The notes under the pieces were generated by a model, which was not told where the DNA came from, searched no databases, and was given only the letters and a program-made list of their open reading frames with translations. A DNA stretch of 64,000 nt from an uncultured Oscillospiraceae bacterium (GTDB taxonomy: Bacteria > Bacillota > Clostridia > Peptostreptococcales > Anaerovoracaceae), in NCBI GenBank assembly GCA_964485605.1, contig CAZALQ010000001.1:604-64603 (forward strand), given 5' to 3'. Shown piece after piece: positions 17,258 to 25,862 of this stretch (position 1 is the first letter of the stretch; each line of letters opens with the position of its first letter). The position numbers were made by a program, and so were the translations under genes.

Positions 17258-17443
17258 ATGCCTAATTTAAAATCAAGAAGACTCAAAAAAACACAGTATG
17301 CTTACAATAAAGTACCCCTTGAAGATGCTGTGTTTTTTGATGCGGAAAACGGAGAAGAAAACTACTGGACGTCATTGACTGACGAGGAAAAAGACAGCTT
17401 GATATACAGCGGTGAAGAATTTACATATGAAGAACAGCCATAA
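17258..17443 (+). CDS. Hypothetical acidic 61-aa protein
   Basis: Short ORF with a modest RBS, codirectional with its neighbours. Confidence 0.4.
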   Translation: MPNLKSRRLKKTQYAYNKVPLEDAVFFDAENGEENYWTSLTDEEKDSLIYSGEEFTYEEQP

Positions 17444-17479
17444 AGAGAAGAGGTACCTCTCTCTGAAAAAGATTCTTTT

Positions 17480-17875
17480 ATGACAAACGAAGAGGAAGAA
17501 TTGGGTGAGGATCTAGGAGATTATGATCCAAAACAGCAAAAAAAGCTCAAAAAAAAGCAGAAGGCTGTCGAGAAACTTCGCAGACAGACAGACAAGAAAA
17601 TGCGAAAGCTCTCAAAAAAAGACTTTGAAAAAACAAAAAAAGGGTCCTTTTCCTTATTTGAAGAATCTCAGGAAACTGAGGAAGAAGTACGGCGAAGAAA
17701 ACTGTACGAAAGGATCAATGCAGACGGCTACTACAATGTGATCCATCCAATCGACTATGAAGAAAAACTAGAAAAAAGCAGACTTGGAATGTCAAAAACA
17801 AAGCTATTTGTTGCTTTGGCTCTTCTTGGTTCTGTTGCTCTTATAGTATTTGGTTTACTTTATATACTTAATTAA
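17480..17875 (+). CDS. Hypothetical Lys/Glu-rich protein with C-terminal TM anchor
   Basis: 131 aa with C-terminus LFVALALLGSVALIVFGLLYIL. Weak RBS. Confidence 0.4.
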   Translation: MTNEEEELGEDLGDYDPKQQKKLKKKQKAVEKLRRQTDKKMRKLSKKDFEKTKKGSFSLFEESQETEEEVRRRKLYERINADGYYNVIHPIDYEEKLEKSRLGMSKTKLFVALALLGSVALIVFGLLYILN

Positions 17876-17877
17876 TT

Positions 17878-20094
17878 ATGACCGTAGTATTCAGCAGAAA
17901 ATTTGAAGATATCGCAAGGATCACAGCGGGCCTTTGTGGTCTTCCTCTTGATGGCCGAAAATTGACTCTTTCGACAGTTGATAAAAAAATAGGTAAAGCC
18001 TTAAGTTACTATAAGGATTTCGGATACATCAGCCTATTTTCGGCAGTTATAAACCAAAAAATTGAAACTATATTTACCTGGGGAGACGATCTGTTTGAGA
18101 CCCACACCCTTTTTGATGAGAACAGAATTCCATTTCTTAAAAAGGTCTTGAAGGAATCGGAGCAGGCAGAGAATCTAAAAGGTATCTTTACCGGAAAGAT
18201 CGATGACCTGATTTTTGCTGGCAAATCCGAAGACAACGCATACTTTAAAGATGTGCTTACTCTTTACAATATTGAAAGACCCCTGATCCGTCTTTGCAAG
18301 ATAACGGAGTTTAGTGAAGAAGCTCTTAAGACCGCTTTTTCCTCCGGTCTTACAAGCGTAACATCATCTGAAATCGCTCTGGACAAAGCCGGGTGCTACA
18401 GAAGCGCTATAGATAAGATCGACATACGATTAAAAGGAACTGTTTCATCCGTCCTTCCGACGGCGGAGTATCCAGGAATAGAAACTCTATCCGCACTATC
18501 CTATATATATCAGCAAAATAAAAAAACCATAAGTAAGGCCTCTAATGACAGTACTTACAAAATTGCAGTTACCGGTAACTTTGCCGGAAGAAACTTCGTT
18601 CTTTCTTCCAAGCTTTCCTTTTCAAGTAAGGATTTAGCCGAAAGAGCCCTCAAAGACCTTCCTGCTGCTGCGGAAGTCATTAGTAAGGGCGGAAATACGA
18701 TTGAGAAAGAATTCCCAAAAGGGGCATTCACGAATTCCAGACTCCTTGTTGCAGCAAAAAAGGGACTTGGTTTTTCATCCGAGCAGACACTTGCAGCCCT
18801 ATCTTATCTATATAGCGGCGGATTTATAACCGACCCGCAGACAGAGTCCTCATTACTTCCAAAAAACAGTCGAAATGTACTCTTTGACAGACTTTCAGCT
18901 TTCAAAGAATCCTCCGTAGGTGATCTCCTTGCAGCTATGAAACTTCCTAACGCAAGAGATGAATACTTTTCGGAAAACGATACACATGGCATCATTATCA
19001 CAGAAAAAAAGCCTGTTATAAAAAACAAAGACGCAAAATCTATTTATAGACTTATTGTGACGGAACTTATAAAGGTCTATTATCCTCCAAGAGAAGAAAA
19101 AACATTTAAGATCACAGCAAAAGGAGGTGGCTATACCTTCTCAGGACGTGGAAAAAAACTAGTCCGTGCCGGTTTTTCTGAACTCGAAAACAGAAAACCT
19201 ATCAATGAAAATGTTCCTTTTGAAATAGAAAAAGGTAGTATGATCGCTCTAAGTTACCGTATTTCGGCTCCTGGGACCTCATCAACTCTTCCCGGTTTAT
19301 CAACAATGTCAAAATACGATTTTGGTCCCCTTCCCCTTTCCGAGCAAATAAGGATACTGTCCTCCTTAGGGCTTATCACAGTCACAAACGATAAGTACAG
19401 TATTGAAAAAAAGGCATACCCTATCCTCCGTATATTAAGACCGTGCAGCGGTCTTCTTGATGGCAAATTCATTCGTATACTCTGCTCAAACCTTGAAACG
19501 ATTTCAAACGACGATAAACAACGAAGAAAAGAAGCCGAAGATATAGTACTGTCTGATCTTGATGCCCTTATAGATTACTGGCAGAAGTCCATCCTTGAAG
19601 GACGGGCCGTAGAAGTCCCGGTACACTGCCCTGTTTGCTTATCTACGCTCAAAGAGTCCTCTGGAAGACTTCTATGTGATGATTGCGGTTTTGAAACTGA
19701 CCTGATTATCTCAGGTAGAACTATGAATATGCAAGAAATGGAGCATCTGTTCCAGGAGGGATCCACTCCCCTTATTGACGGATTCAACGGTGATTACCTT
19801 GCAAGACTTTATCTCTCGTCTGCAAAAGAGGTCTTTATTACAAGGGACTCCCAGTATTCATGCCCTGTATGCGGAGAAAAGATGCGGGTAAGAAAAAGTG
19901 ATCGTGCCTATGTTTGCAGCTGCGGATACGAATTAAGAAGGATCTATAAAGGCCATGAATTTACAAAAAAGGAACTTAGCACCCTTTTTACCACTCTTCA
20001 GCTGCCAAAAGTAAAGATAAATGAAGGAGGGGCAGCAAGAACAGTTACACTCATACTCGATAAAGGAAAGCAAGGAAGGATAACTGAGCTTTAG
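17878..20094 (+). CDS. Topoisomerase-IA (Topo III-like) homolog lacking catalytic residues; two C-terminal zinc ribbons
   Basis: GFITDPQTES occupies the place of the xITYPRTDS active-site motif (D319, codon 18832-18834). AGKSEDNA stands in place of the Toprim DxDxEG motif, and there is no N-terminal EKP motif. CPVCLS...CDDCGFE and CPVCGEK...CSCGYE form zinc ribbons. Confidence 0.7.
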   Translation: MTVVFSRKFEDIARITAGLCGLPLDGRKLTLSTVDKKIGKALSYYKDFGYISLFSAVINQKIETIFTWGDDLFETHTLFDENRIPFLKKVLKESEQAENLKGIFTGKIDDLIFAGKSEDNAYFKDVLTLYNIERPLIRLCKITEFSEEALKTAFSSGLTSVTSSEIALDKAGCYRSAIDKIDIRLKGTVSSVLPTAEYPGIETLSALSYIYQQNKKTISKASNDSTYKIAVTGNFAGRNFVLSSKLSFSSKDLAERALKDLPAAAEVISKGGNTIEKEFPKGAFTNSRLLVAAKKGLGFSSEQTLAALSYLYSGGFITDPQTESSLLPKNSRNVLFDRLSAFKESSVGDLLAAMKLPNARDEYFSENDTHGIIITEKKPVIKNKDAKSIYRLIVTELIKVYYPPREEKTFKITAKGGGYTFSGRGKKLVRAGFSELENRKPINENVPFEIEKGSMIALSYRISAPGTSSTLPGLSTMSKYDFGPLPLSEQIRILSSLGLITVTNDKYSIEKKAYPILRILRPCSGLLDGKFIRILCSNLETISNDDKQRRKEAEDIVLSDLDALIDYWQKSILEGRAVEVPVHCPVCLSTLKESSGRLLCDDCGFETDLIISGRTMNMQEMEHLFQEGSTPLIDGFNGDYLARLYLSSAKEVFITRDSQYSCPVCGEKMRVRKSDRAYVCSCGYELRRIYKGHEFTKKELSTLFTTLQLPKVKINEGGAARTVTLILDKGKQGRITEL

Positions 20095-20097
20095 TGT

Positions 20098-20251
20098 TTG
20101 ACTTAAAGTTAAATTCAGTGTAATATACCTATAGTTTATATTTTACTATTCTGGCGGCTTTAGCAAGCCGGATATCATCTGTTAAAAACAACTGTTAATC
20201 GTAGCACACCTTAAGGAAGGTATTTATACCTTTCTTGCGGTGTGTTTTTTT
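20098..20251 (+). promoter_or_regulatory. Module A: promoter TTGACT-17-TAATAT, conserved structured leader, intrinsic terminator
   Basis: -35 at 20098-20103 and -10 at 20121-20126. P1 hairpin CGGCTT/AAGCCG at 20155-20170. Conserved block GGATATCATCTGTTAAAAACAACTGTTAATCGTA at 20170-20203. Terminator at 20205-20251. Confidence 0.6.
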
Positions 20252-20282
20252 ATTTTGCTAATCGAGAATAGGAGGAAATGTA

Positions 20283-20594
20283 ATGCTCGAAATTAACCAA
20301 ATCTCCCTAACGGGAGAAATCGTCAGTGGCGAAAAAAACGACAAGGGTCTCTATCTTAAAGTCAGGCAAATGGTCGGAGGAAAGATGGAAACAATCTTCA
20401 CAGTCTTTGTTCCATCCAAAGCAAACCCAACCGCTCAGAACTTCAGGGAAAAGGACCTGGTACTCATCAACAACGGCCTTATCTATAGGAACGCAGAAGG
20501 TGAAGTCACCATCAGAGTCACCCGCTCTGACCAGCTTCAGATGATAAAGAAATGCCTTGATATGGGGCAGATCTCCGCAGAAGAAGTATTTTAA
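20283..20594 (+). CDS. Small OB-fold, SSB-like protein (candidate)
   Basis: 103 aa. The N-terminus INQISLTGEIV resembles the first SSB strand. RBS ggagg lies 7 nt upstream. Assignment is tentative. Confidence 0.4.
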   Translation: MLEINQISLTGEIVSGEKNDKGLYLKVRQMVGGKMETIFTVFVPSKANPTAQNFREKDLVLINNGLIYRNAEGEVTIRVTRSDQLQMIKKCLDMGQISAEEVF

Positions 20595-20608
20595 GTTAAA
20601 GCATTCAA

Positions 20609-20661
20609 TGTTAATCGGAAAACAGATCGCAGCCATAAATGATTGGCGGCGTTTTTGTTTT
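20609..20661 (+). terminator. TGTTAATCGGA box + imperfect hairpin + T-tract between the OB-fold gene and the AAA gene
   Basis: cgcagcca-taaatgat-tggcggcg pairs at 7 of 8 positions and is followed by tttttgtttt. Confidence 0.4.
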
Positions 20662-20679
20662 CAGGAAGGAAAATTAATA

Positions 20680-22626
20680 ATGGAACAAATCAAAACAGAC
20701 GCCTCTCTTTGGGGGTGGAAAAGTAAAACCGCTCTTGTACATCCTTTTGATCTGGTTGCAGACAAAAATGGACTCCCTGGCTATATCTTCAGGACAGGCA
20801 CTCCTGCAGGCAGCAGTATACGGCCGATCCCAGATTATATTAAGGCATTGGTCTACTATACTACTAGTTCAAACAGGCGCGAGGAAACAGGCTATGATCT
20901 GCCCGTGCCGGACCATCTTGCAATAGGGACGAAATCATTAAAAGGGTCCTCTGAGACAATCTTTGTCGAGTACAGGGAAAAACCCGGGGTCCCAACTGAC
21001 TGCATCATGTTTACCCTGGACACCGGCGAACTTAAAGGATGCCGCATCCACACAAAAAGCATTGAAACGGAAAGTTTTCGTCTTCAAAACCCCATCACAG
21101 GGGAAAAGGACGGAACAGCCGTATTTCTTGCTGTTCTTGTACGCGCTCTTTCCCATCCGGAAATGTCAAAGACCCTTCTTGATTGCATTAGTCAAATAGA
21201 AGGTATTCGAGATATTATTGCACCTCCGGGCAGTATAGATAAGATCTACAGGGGATATCTCTTAACCGCATGTGCAGAACTCTATGATGCATGCTGTATT
21301 TCAAAAGATCTAAACCTTCAGTGGCCCGATTCCGGAAGAGCGATTCCAAAGATCACAAAAAAGGACATCAGCAAGGGAATCGCATGTCCCTCTCCTGAAA
21401 AGGTACTTCTCGGCGAGTTTGAAACCCTTATCCCGACTGACGAAGGCGAAAGCATCGTTTTTCAGCCCGAAAAGTATAAAGGGAAGCTATTCCCAGGAAG
21501 AGTATACACAGAAGCTGAAAAACGTCTTATTCCATCTCTTCCCTCTGACTTCTTTGTTACAAAGCAGCTTATTGACATCCTTGATTCTGTTCTTGAAACA
21601 AAGGACGACTTTAAAGCAGCAAAAATCACACAGATTCTTTTGGAGGGTTCAGCAGGATCAGGTAAATCAGCCTCAGCAAGAGCTATATGTGCCATTTTCG
21701 GTCTCCCTATGGAGGTCTACACCTGCGGGGATAGAGACACTAAAGAGGAGATGGTACAGGTCATCATGCCTGACGTCTCTTCGTCTGACATAAAAGAAAT
21801 TTCGGAGAAAGAGAAGAAGCTTCTTGAAACCTTTACGAGAGAACAGGATACAGGAGATTTCGACGAATCTCTAAGACTTCTTGGTCTTCCGACTTATGAG
21901 GAATGTAGGCTTGACGCAGCCGTAGCCTTTGAGGAGATCACCGGTAACTTTGACGAATCTGTCGACACATCCGATGTTTATAGACTCGCCGTTGACAAAG
22001 CTTTATCTTCGGTGAAAAGTCTTATCAGAAAGATTCCTTCTTCTCAAGGTGTTAAGTATAAGAGCATAAAGTCTGCGATTATAAGGGCGATAGAACACGG
22101 ACACTGCCTTGTGTTTGAAGAAGTCGGAAATCTGCGTGATGCAGGTGCCCTTTCTTTCTTTAACGACGTATTCGACAAGGAAGGCACAGGTATCATCAAT
22201 ACAATGTACGGTGATATCAAAAGGCACCCCGACTTCATGATGATCGGAACAACAAATCGACCGGAAGACCCTGGCGTTCATGTAATGAACCCTGCATTTA
22301 GGTCAAGATTTCAGTATTTCGCAACATTTGATGATCTGTCCACTGAAACTCTTATGGGCATCGTCGAAAAAAAATGCGAGATTACAGATCCCGACCTTCT
22401 GAGAAGCATTGTCGAGGTCTACCAAAGAGCTGAGCAGGCAGGAAGAGATGTAGGCGCACATGCATATTTGACAATGAGATCCCTTTATCCGTTCGCAATG
22501 GCTATAAAAAGAGGCAAAGACCCTCAAAAGAGTTTTTGTCACTATATACTCAATGCCATTACTACGGTGCAGGATCAAATGGACGATATAGAATCCTCCA
22601 TTTCAGACTGCGCTCTGTTCCAGTAA
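20680..22626 (+). CDS. AAA+ ATPase (MoxR/CbbQ-like AAA_5 core) with about 330-aa unknown N-terminal domain
   Basis: The ATG at 20680 follows aggaagg. Walker A is LLEGSAGSGKS, Walker B is CLVFEEVGN, followed by PAFRSRF. The listed start at 20557 is rejected. Confidence 0.7.
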   Translation: MEQIKTDASLWGWKSKTALVHPFDLVADKNGLPGYIFRTGTPAGSSIRPIPDYIKALVYYTTSSNRREETGYDLPVPDHLAIGTKSLKGSSETIFVEYREKPGVPTDCIMFTLDTGELKGCRIHTKSIETESFRLQNPITGEKDGTAVFLAVLVRALSHPEMSKTLLDCISQIEGIRDIIAPPGSIDKIYRGYLLTACAELYDACCISKDLNLQWPDSGRAIPKITKKDISKGIACPSPEKVLLGEFETLIPTDEGESIVFQPEKYKGKLFPGRVYTEAEKRLIPSLPSDFFVTKQLIDILDSVLETKDDFKAAKITQILLEGSAGSGKSASARAICAIFGLPMEVYTCGDRDTKEEMVQVIMPDVSSSDIKEISEKEKKLLETFTREQDTGDFDESLRLLGLPTYEECRLDAAVAFEEITGNFDESVDTSDVYRLAVDKALSSVKSLIRKIPSSQGVKYKSIKSAIIRAIEHGHCLVFEEVGNLRDAGALSFFNDVFDKEGTGIINTMYGDIKRHPDFMMIGTTNRPEDPGVHVMNPAFRSRFQYFATFDDLSTETLMGIVEKKCEITDPDLLRSIVEVYQRAEQAGRDVGAHAYLTMRSLYPFAMAIKRGKDPQKSFCHYILNAITTVQDQMDDIESSISDCALFQ

Positions 22627-22702
22627 TTAAGTGAATTGCGAAACAAAAACCCTAAAACTTCAGTTACATATTGTTTTAGGGTTTATGTTTCAAGGAGGAA
22701 AA

Positions 22703-24817
22703 ATGAAACTCAAAAAAGAACAACTTAATAAGTTTATAAACTCGTACCGTTTTGCAAGCTTTCTAACTATGAAAGCAAAGGCTATACATAAGGAATTTCG
22801 TATTGCAGATGCTGAAGTTGTTATCGAAAGAAACCCAGACCCGGGATTTGTTGCCTATACGGACAATGTTCGTTATCACTTAAACCTGGGGAACAGGGCT
22901 TTTTTTGAAGGTCTTGATGATGAAGGAGTCGTTTCACTTTCATGCGGAGTACTCCTTCATGAGATAGGACATAGACTGTTTAGCTGTTTTACCGCTTCTT
23001 CCATATGGCAGACATCGATACGTGCAGCCCGGTTTTATCCGGAAGATCCGAAAGTATCCGGAAAGGAATACGAATATCTTTTAGAGATAAAAGACATGTT
23101 GGAGGATAAAAAACTCGCCGCTACTCTTGCTACTACGGTCGGCTGTCAGCTGTATAACGTCCTTGAAGATGGGAGAATCGAAGAATTGTGTCTTGACTTC
23201 TGCGGTAATCACCACACCCTTTATTCCGGACTCATTCTAGCACGATCAAGGCAGTTCAAAAACTCCGTTGCATTCGAAGAATGTAACGAGCTCTTTCGAA
23301 CTGATGATCCAATGAAACGGCTTTCCGCCATCATTTCTCTTATGTTGTTTTATGCAAGATTTACTGATGTGAAAGACCTCCCGGAAGACGGGGAAGACAC
23401 TGATCTATACCGCTGTTTTGAAAAGATCACGCCTTGTATAGATGAGTATCTAAATGCAAGATCTCAGGTTGAGCTTTGCAACGCCATGAATATCATTCTC
23501 ATCTCAATATGGCCGTATATAAGGGATCTTTTTAAAGATGATGAAAAGAAAGAAGGAGAAAATACTTCACCCTCGCCTGAACCGGAAGACAAAGAAGAAA
23601 AAACCTCAGAGGAATCTGGTTCTTCCGAAGAAACGATGGGGGGAGACTCATCTTCCTGTCTAGGTGCATCAAAAAGTCCTGGACTTACAATATCTAAAGA
23701 AGCCTTGGAAAAACTGGAATCCGTATTTTCCGGACTCCCCTCTACGGGTTTTGATCTTCCAGGAAGAGGAACAGACGATAGCAAAATGTCATCACTCCTT
23801 GACCAGAGAATGCCAATAATGAGAAACGATGTCATCACCACGGATGGTTCTGGCGAGCTTATCTATGCCGAGCAGGAAAGAGACTCCCAGACAGAACTTG
23901 ATGTCCGCACGGTCCTGAGGAAGATCGGTGAAGAACAGCGAGATGACGAAAAAGAAGAACTTCTCAAGAAAAGCATTGAAGATTTTGAAGGGAATATAGA
24001 TTTTCCTTCGATCCACAAAGGAGTTGACTGCAAAATCGTAAGAGAAAAGGTCTCAGAGAAGGACAGGATTGATTATCTTTCTATATCTAAGCCACTAAGG
24101 AAAATCGCAGAGCAAATCGCAAGAAAGTCGACCTTTCTTGAAGAAGAAACTGCATCTTATGAACTTAGGAATCGATATAGTGGCACTTCCCTTAACCCTG
24201 CATCTTTCGCCAGGGAAGATTATAAGATCTTTAAGAAAGACGTAGAGTTAGACCCTGAAACCAGCCTTAGCGTTGCCGTACTGATTGATGAATCTGGATC
24301 CATGCGCGGTTATTCCAGATCAGAAGCAGCCAAAAGAGCTGCAATACTTCTTTATGAATATTGCGACATTATGAAGATCCCTGTATGCATGTACGGGCAC
24401 AGCACAGAAGGCCGATATGTAACACTTTACGCATATGCCGATTTTGAAAAAAAGGACCCTGCTGACAGATATAGATTGATGAAGATCGATGCAAGATCCG
24501 AAAACAGAGACGGTTTCGCATTGAGATTTTTGAAGGAGAGGATAAAGAAAGAAGACTCTCTTGAAAAGATCCTCATTGTCATCTCCGACGGTCAACCGGC
24601 AGACTCTGGATACTTTGGAAGTGCAGCATATAAAGACCTTTCCGAAATTACGAAAGAATGTGAAAACGAAGGAATCTTTCTTATTGCTGCTGCTATCGGC
24701 AATGATAAACCAACAATAAAAGGTATCTATGGTGAACGGCACTTCCTTGATATCTCAGATCTTGATACCCTTCCCATAACCCTCACTAAACTTATTAAGG
24801 CACATATCAAAAAATAG
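22703..24817 (+). CDS. HExxH metallopeptidase-like N-domain + acidic linker + C-terminal vWA domain
   Basis: The ATG at 22703 follows aaggagg. Motifs are LLHEIGHRLF and the MIDAS sequence VLIDESGSM. The arrangement resembles DUF2201-type partners of MoxR ATPases. Confidence 0.7.
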   Translation: MKLKKEQLNKFINSYRFASFLTMKAKAIHKEFRIADAEVVIERNPDPGFVAYTDNVRYHLNLGNRAFFEGLDDEGVVSLSCGVLLHEIGHRLFSCFTASSIWQTSIRAARFYPEDPKVSGKEYEYLLEIKDMLEDKKLAATLATTVGCQLYNVLEDGRIEELCLDFCGNHHTLYSGLILARSRQFKNSVAFEECNELFRTDDPMKRLSAIISLMLFYARFTDVKDLPEDGEDTDLYRCFEKITPCIDEYLNARSQVELCNAMNIILISIWPYIRDLFKDDEKKEGENTSPSPEPEDKEEKTSEESGSSEETMGGDSSSCLGASKSPGLTISKEALEKLESVFSGLPSTGFDLPGRGTDDSKMSSLLDQRMPIMRNDVITTDGSGELIYAEQERDSQTELDVRTVLRKIGEEQRDDEKEELLKKSIEDFEGNIDFPSIHKGVDCKIVREKVSEKDRIDYLSISKPLRKIAEQIARKSTFLEEETASYELRNRYSGTSLNPASFAREDYKIFKKDVELDPETSLSVAVLIDESGSMRGYSRSEAAKRAAILLYEYCDIMKIPVCMYGHSTEGRYVTLYAYADFEKKDPADRYRLMKIDARSENRDGFALRFLKERIKKEDSLEKILIVISDGQPADSGYFGSAAYKDLSEITKECENEGIFLIAAAIGNDKPTIKGIYGERHFLDISDLDTLPITLTKLIKAHIKK

Positions 24818-24888
24818 TTTTATGTCAATCGTATTATTTTGCCAAAGGGAGATAAGCCTCCCTTTGGCAACGAAAAAGGAGATCCAAA

Positions 24889-25359
24889 ATGGGATATGAT
24901 TATCTAAAAGAAATGGATGTTGACATGGATAAGGGAAAAATCGTTCTTACGACACGTGAACCCCTTGCCGGTCCGGGAAACTGGGAGCGCTGGATTTTTA
25001 AACCGACCCAGCCAATATTTGAAGTAAGGCTTGCAGAGCTTACAAGAGAGCTCTTGAGCGGAAGGTTGGTTCCACTTCAGACATGTAACCATCAAGCCTT
25101 GTTTTCAATGCTTGCTAAAGCTCTTTGCTCTCTTTCCGTATCACTTTATAATTATAGCGATCTTTATAAAGATTTAAATGAAAAGGTGTTTATCTACTTT
25201 GTGGCGAAAGCGATAACGATTCCCTACTTTAAGGGTATTGAAATTGATATGGATAAGATAGTGCTATATATAAAAGAGACACTTTCCCCGAATTTTTATA
25301 TGTCATATATTGATGTAATTCATAAAAACACTGCTAATGAAGTAGTGAAAGGTGCATAA
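24889..25359 (+). CDS. Hypothetical 156-aa protein
   Basis: RBS aaggag. Last gene before a strong terminator. Confidence 0.6.
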   Translation: MGYDYLKEMDVDMDKGKIVLTTREPLAGPGNWERWIFKPTQPIFEVRLAELTRELLSGRLVPLQTCNHQALFSMLAKALCSLSVSLYNYSDLYKDLNEKVFIYFVAKAITIPYFKGIEIDMDKIVLYIKETLSPNFYMSYIDVIHKNTANEVVKGA

Positions 25360-25381
25360 ATCAATATATCGGATTTTTCTT

Positions 25382-25410
25382 CAGGCTGCTGATTGCAGCC
25401 TGTTTTTTTT
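25382..25410 (+). terminator. Intrinsic terminator
   Basis: caggctgc-tgatt-gcagcctg followed by T8. Confidence 0.8.
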
Positions 25411-25419
25411 GCGCTTTTA

Positions 25420-25576
25420 TTGACATCTTTCCATAGATAAGATAATATATCTGTAGTTTATTTTTTTACATTCCATCAGCACACTATGTGCAAGGTGGAT
25501 ATTAGTCGTTAAAAAACATGTTAATCGTAATGCACAGTAAACAGGGCCTTTGGGTCCTGTTTCTGTGTATTTTTTT
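25420..25576 (+). promoter_or_regulatory. Module B: promoter TTGACA-17-TAATAT, conserved structured leader, intrinsic terminator
   Basis: -35 at 25420-25425 and -10 at 25443-25448. P1 is CCATC..GCACA-cta-TGTGC..GGTGG at 25473-25498. The block GGATATTAGTCGTTAAAAAACATGTTAATCGTA follows. Terminator at 25532-25576. Confidence 0.6.
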
Positions 25577-25598
25577 GTTAATCGCAAAGGAGGAAAAG

Positions 25599-25835
25599 AT
25601 GAAAACAGGAAAAGGCTATCTCAGGAGATTGCCGGATGGTTTTTCAAAAGGAAGCTATTTCGGTTTTACCCTGAAAAAAAACTTTCTCTATGGAGAATCA
25701 GATGTCGGCACGCCTATCGCGTGCTGTGTGGATAACCCAGACGGAAAGTGTTATCTGTATACTTATTCAGATAACATATGGCAGAAATCTGACGTGGAGT
25801 TCAAAGATGTTCTCAGTCTGATCTGCGAAAACTAA
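25599..25835 (+). CDS. Hypothetical 78-aa protein
   Basis: The ATG at 25599 follows aaaggagg. The listed start at 25518 would cross the leader terminator and is rejected. Confidence 0.5.
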   Translation: MKTGKGYLRRLPDGFSKGSYFGFTLKKNFLYGESDVGTPIACCVDNPDGKCYLYTYSDNIWQKSDVEFKDVLSLICEN

Positions 25836-25862
25836 TCTTTTTGTTATTTATCGTGTATAGGC

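Noticed and set aside
20557-20679. Upstream extensions of listed ORFs (20557, 22631, 25518, 25924, 28225, 35718, 52115)
   Set aside because: Each extension lacks an RBS, and several run through leader terminators or promoter elements. Internal ATGs with strong GGAGG-type RBS were preferred (20680, 22703, 25599, 25996, 28291, 35781, 52193).
23464-24742. Minus-strand ORFs 23464-23841, 23792-24016 and 24320-24742
   Set aside because: Antisense to the vWA/metallopeptidase gene, partly across its acidic linker. They have no RBS and give Ser-rich or irregular translations.
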